DNA of 39,147 nt from the sequence record SRR2962707_1601; one strand, given 5' to 3'. The position numbers and the translations under genes were made by a program. Under the pieces are notes generated by a model that was not told the origin of the DNA, ran no database searches, and was given only the letters and a program-made list of their open reading frames with translations. Positions 38,272 to 39,147 of this stretch are shown here, piece after piece; position 1 is the first letter of the stretch, and each line of letters starts with the position of its first letter.

Positions 38272-39147
38272 ATGCCAGACTATACAGCCCCTGTAAAAGA
38301 CATGCAGTTTATTCTGCATGACGTCCTCAAAGCCTCTGAGCAAAACATTGACGGCTATAAAGACCTGGACGTGGATTTTACAGGCGCGGTATTGGAAGAG
38401 GCTGGCAAAGTTGCCGCAGATTGCCTACGCCCCCTGAATGCATCGGGGGATCAAGAAGGCTGTAGGCTAGAGAACGGCATCGTTCATACCCCCAAAGGCT
38501 TTAAAGAAGCCTTTAACGTCATGAAAACGGGGGGCTGGACCGGTCTAGATTGCGACCCTGCCTACGGTGGGCAGGGTATGCCCTATTTGCTGAACACCGC
38601 GGTAAGCGAGACATTTGTCGCCGCGAATATGGCCTTCAATATGTATCAGGGCCTAACGCATGGTGCCTATTCCGCCATTCATACCCATGGGTCTGAGCAG
38701 CAAAAGTCGACATTTCTTCCCAAAATGGTGTCTTGCGACTGGACCGGAACCATGAACCTGACAGAGCCGCACTGCGGCACTGATCTTGGTTTGATGCGCA
38801 CCAAAGCGGTGCCTGCTCAAGATGGCAGTTATCGCATTACCGGGCAAAAGATTTTCATTTCAGCTGGGGATCATGACCTGGCTGAAAACATCATTCATCT
38901 GGTTCTGGCAAAAATTCCAGACGGCCCGGATGGGATCAAAGGGGTGTCGCTCTTCATCGTCCCAAAATTTCTAGTCAAGGATGACGGATCTCTTGGCGAA
39001 CGAAACTCTGTGTCGGTTGGCAGCCTCGAAGAAAAAATGGGCATTCACGCCAATTCGACCTGCGTTATGAACTATGACAATGCCACCGGATATTTGATCG
39101 GCGAAGCGCATAAGGGAATGCGCGCCATGTTCACCATGATGAACGAA
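38272..39147 (+). CDS. Acyl-CoA dehydrogenase (long, DmdC-like clade), 3'-truncated by window edge
   Basis: Absent from the ORF track because it has no stop in the window. [68 protein letters not shown]. Confidence 0.92.
   Translation, partial: MPDYTAPVKDMQFILHDVLKASEQNIDGYKDLDVDFTGAVLEEAGKVAADCLRPLNASGDQEGCRLENGIVHTPKGFKEAFNVMKTGGWTGLDCDPAYGGQGMPYLLNTAVSETFVAANMAFNMYQGLTHGAYSAIHTHGSEQQKSTFLPKMVSCDWTGTMNLTEPHCGTDLGLMRTKAVPAQDGSYRITGQKIFISAGDHDLAENIIHLVLAKIPDGPDGIKGVSLFIVPKFLVKDDGSLGERNSVSVGSLEEKMGIHANSTCVMNYDNATGYLIGEAHKGMRAMFTMMNE

Noticed and set aside
1-39147. CRISPR arrays, tRNA/rRNA genes, IS elements, defence systems
   Set aside because: No repeat-spacer periodicity, tRNA/rRNA signatures, transposase/integrase motifs or defence-type domains were seen by eye.

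Overview
A gene-dense window with no detectable mobile elements; gene content and protein sequences suggest a marine Rhodobacteraceae (Roseobacter-group-like) chromosome (inference). In order: (1) the end of a two-ATPase sugar/polyol ABC operon with a fused DAK1-DAK2 kinase; (2) an 8-gene minus-strand operon, divergent from a LysR gene, encoding a LamB/YcsF (PxpA-like) hydrolase, a stand-alone biotin carrier, a biotin carboxylase, two carboxyltransferase-like (PxpB/PxpC-family) subunits, a TorT-like binding protein and an RbsA/RbsC-type importer; (3) a MacAB-like ABC exporter; (4) a DapA-family lyase, GntR and TRAP transporter; (5) phenylacetate genes paaABCDE-paaZ; (6) a cytoplasmic sulfatase; (7) a small secreted cupredoxin-like protein, a SRAP/YedK protein and a 5'-nucleotidase; (8) a housekeeping block: DUF952-pyrD-arsC, MATE, two thioesterases, two LiuR-like MerR regulators and a truncated acyl-CoA dehydrogenase. 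Block 2 is the best candidate for an uncharacterised system. It looks like a split urea-carboxylase-like enzyme paired with a LamB hydrolase, as in the fungal lamA/lamB lactam-utilisation pair, fed by a TorT-derived importer. All calls come from motif recognition; no database searches were run.
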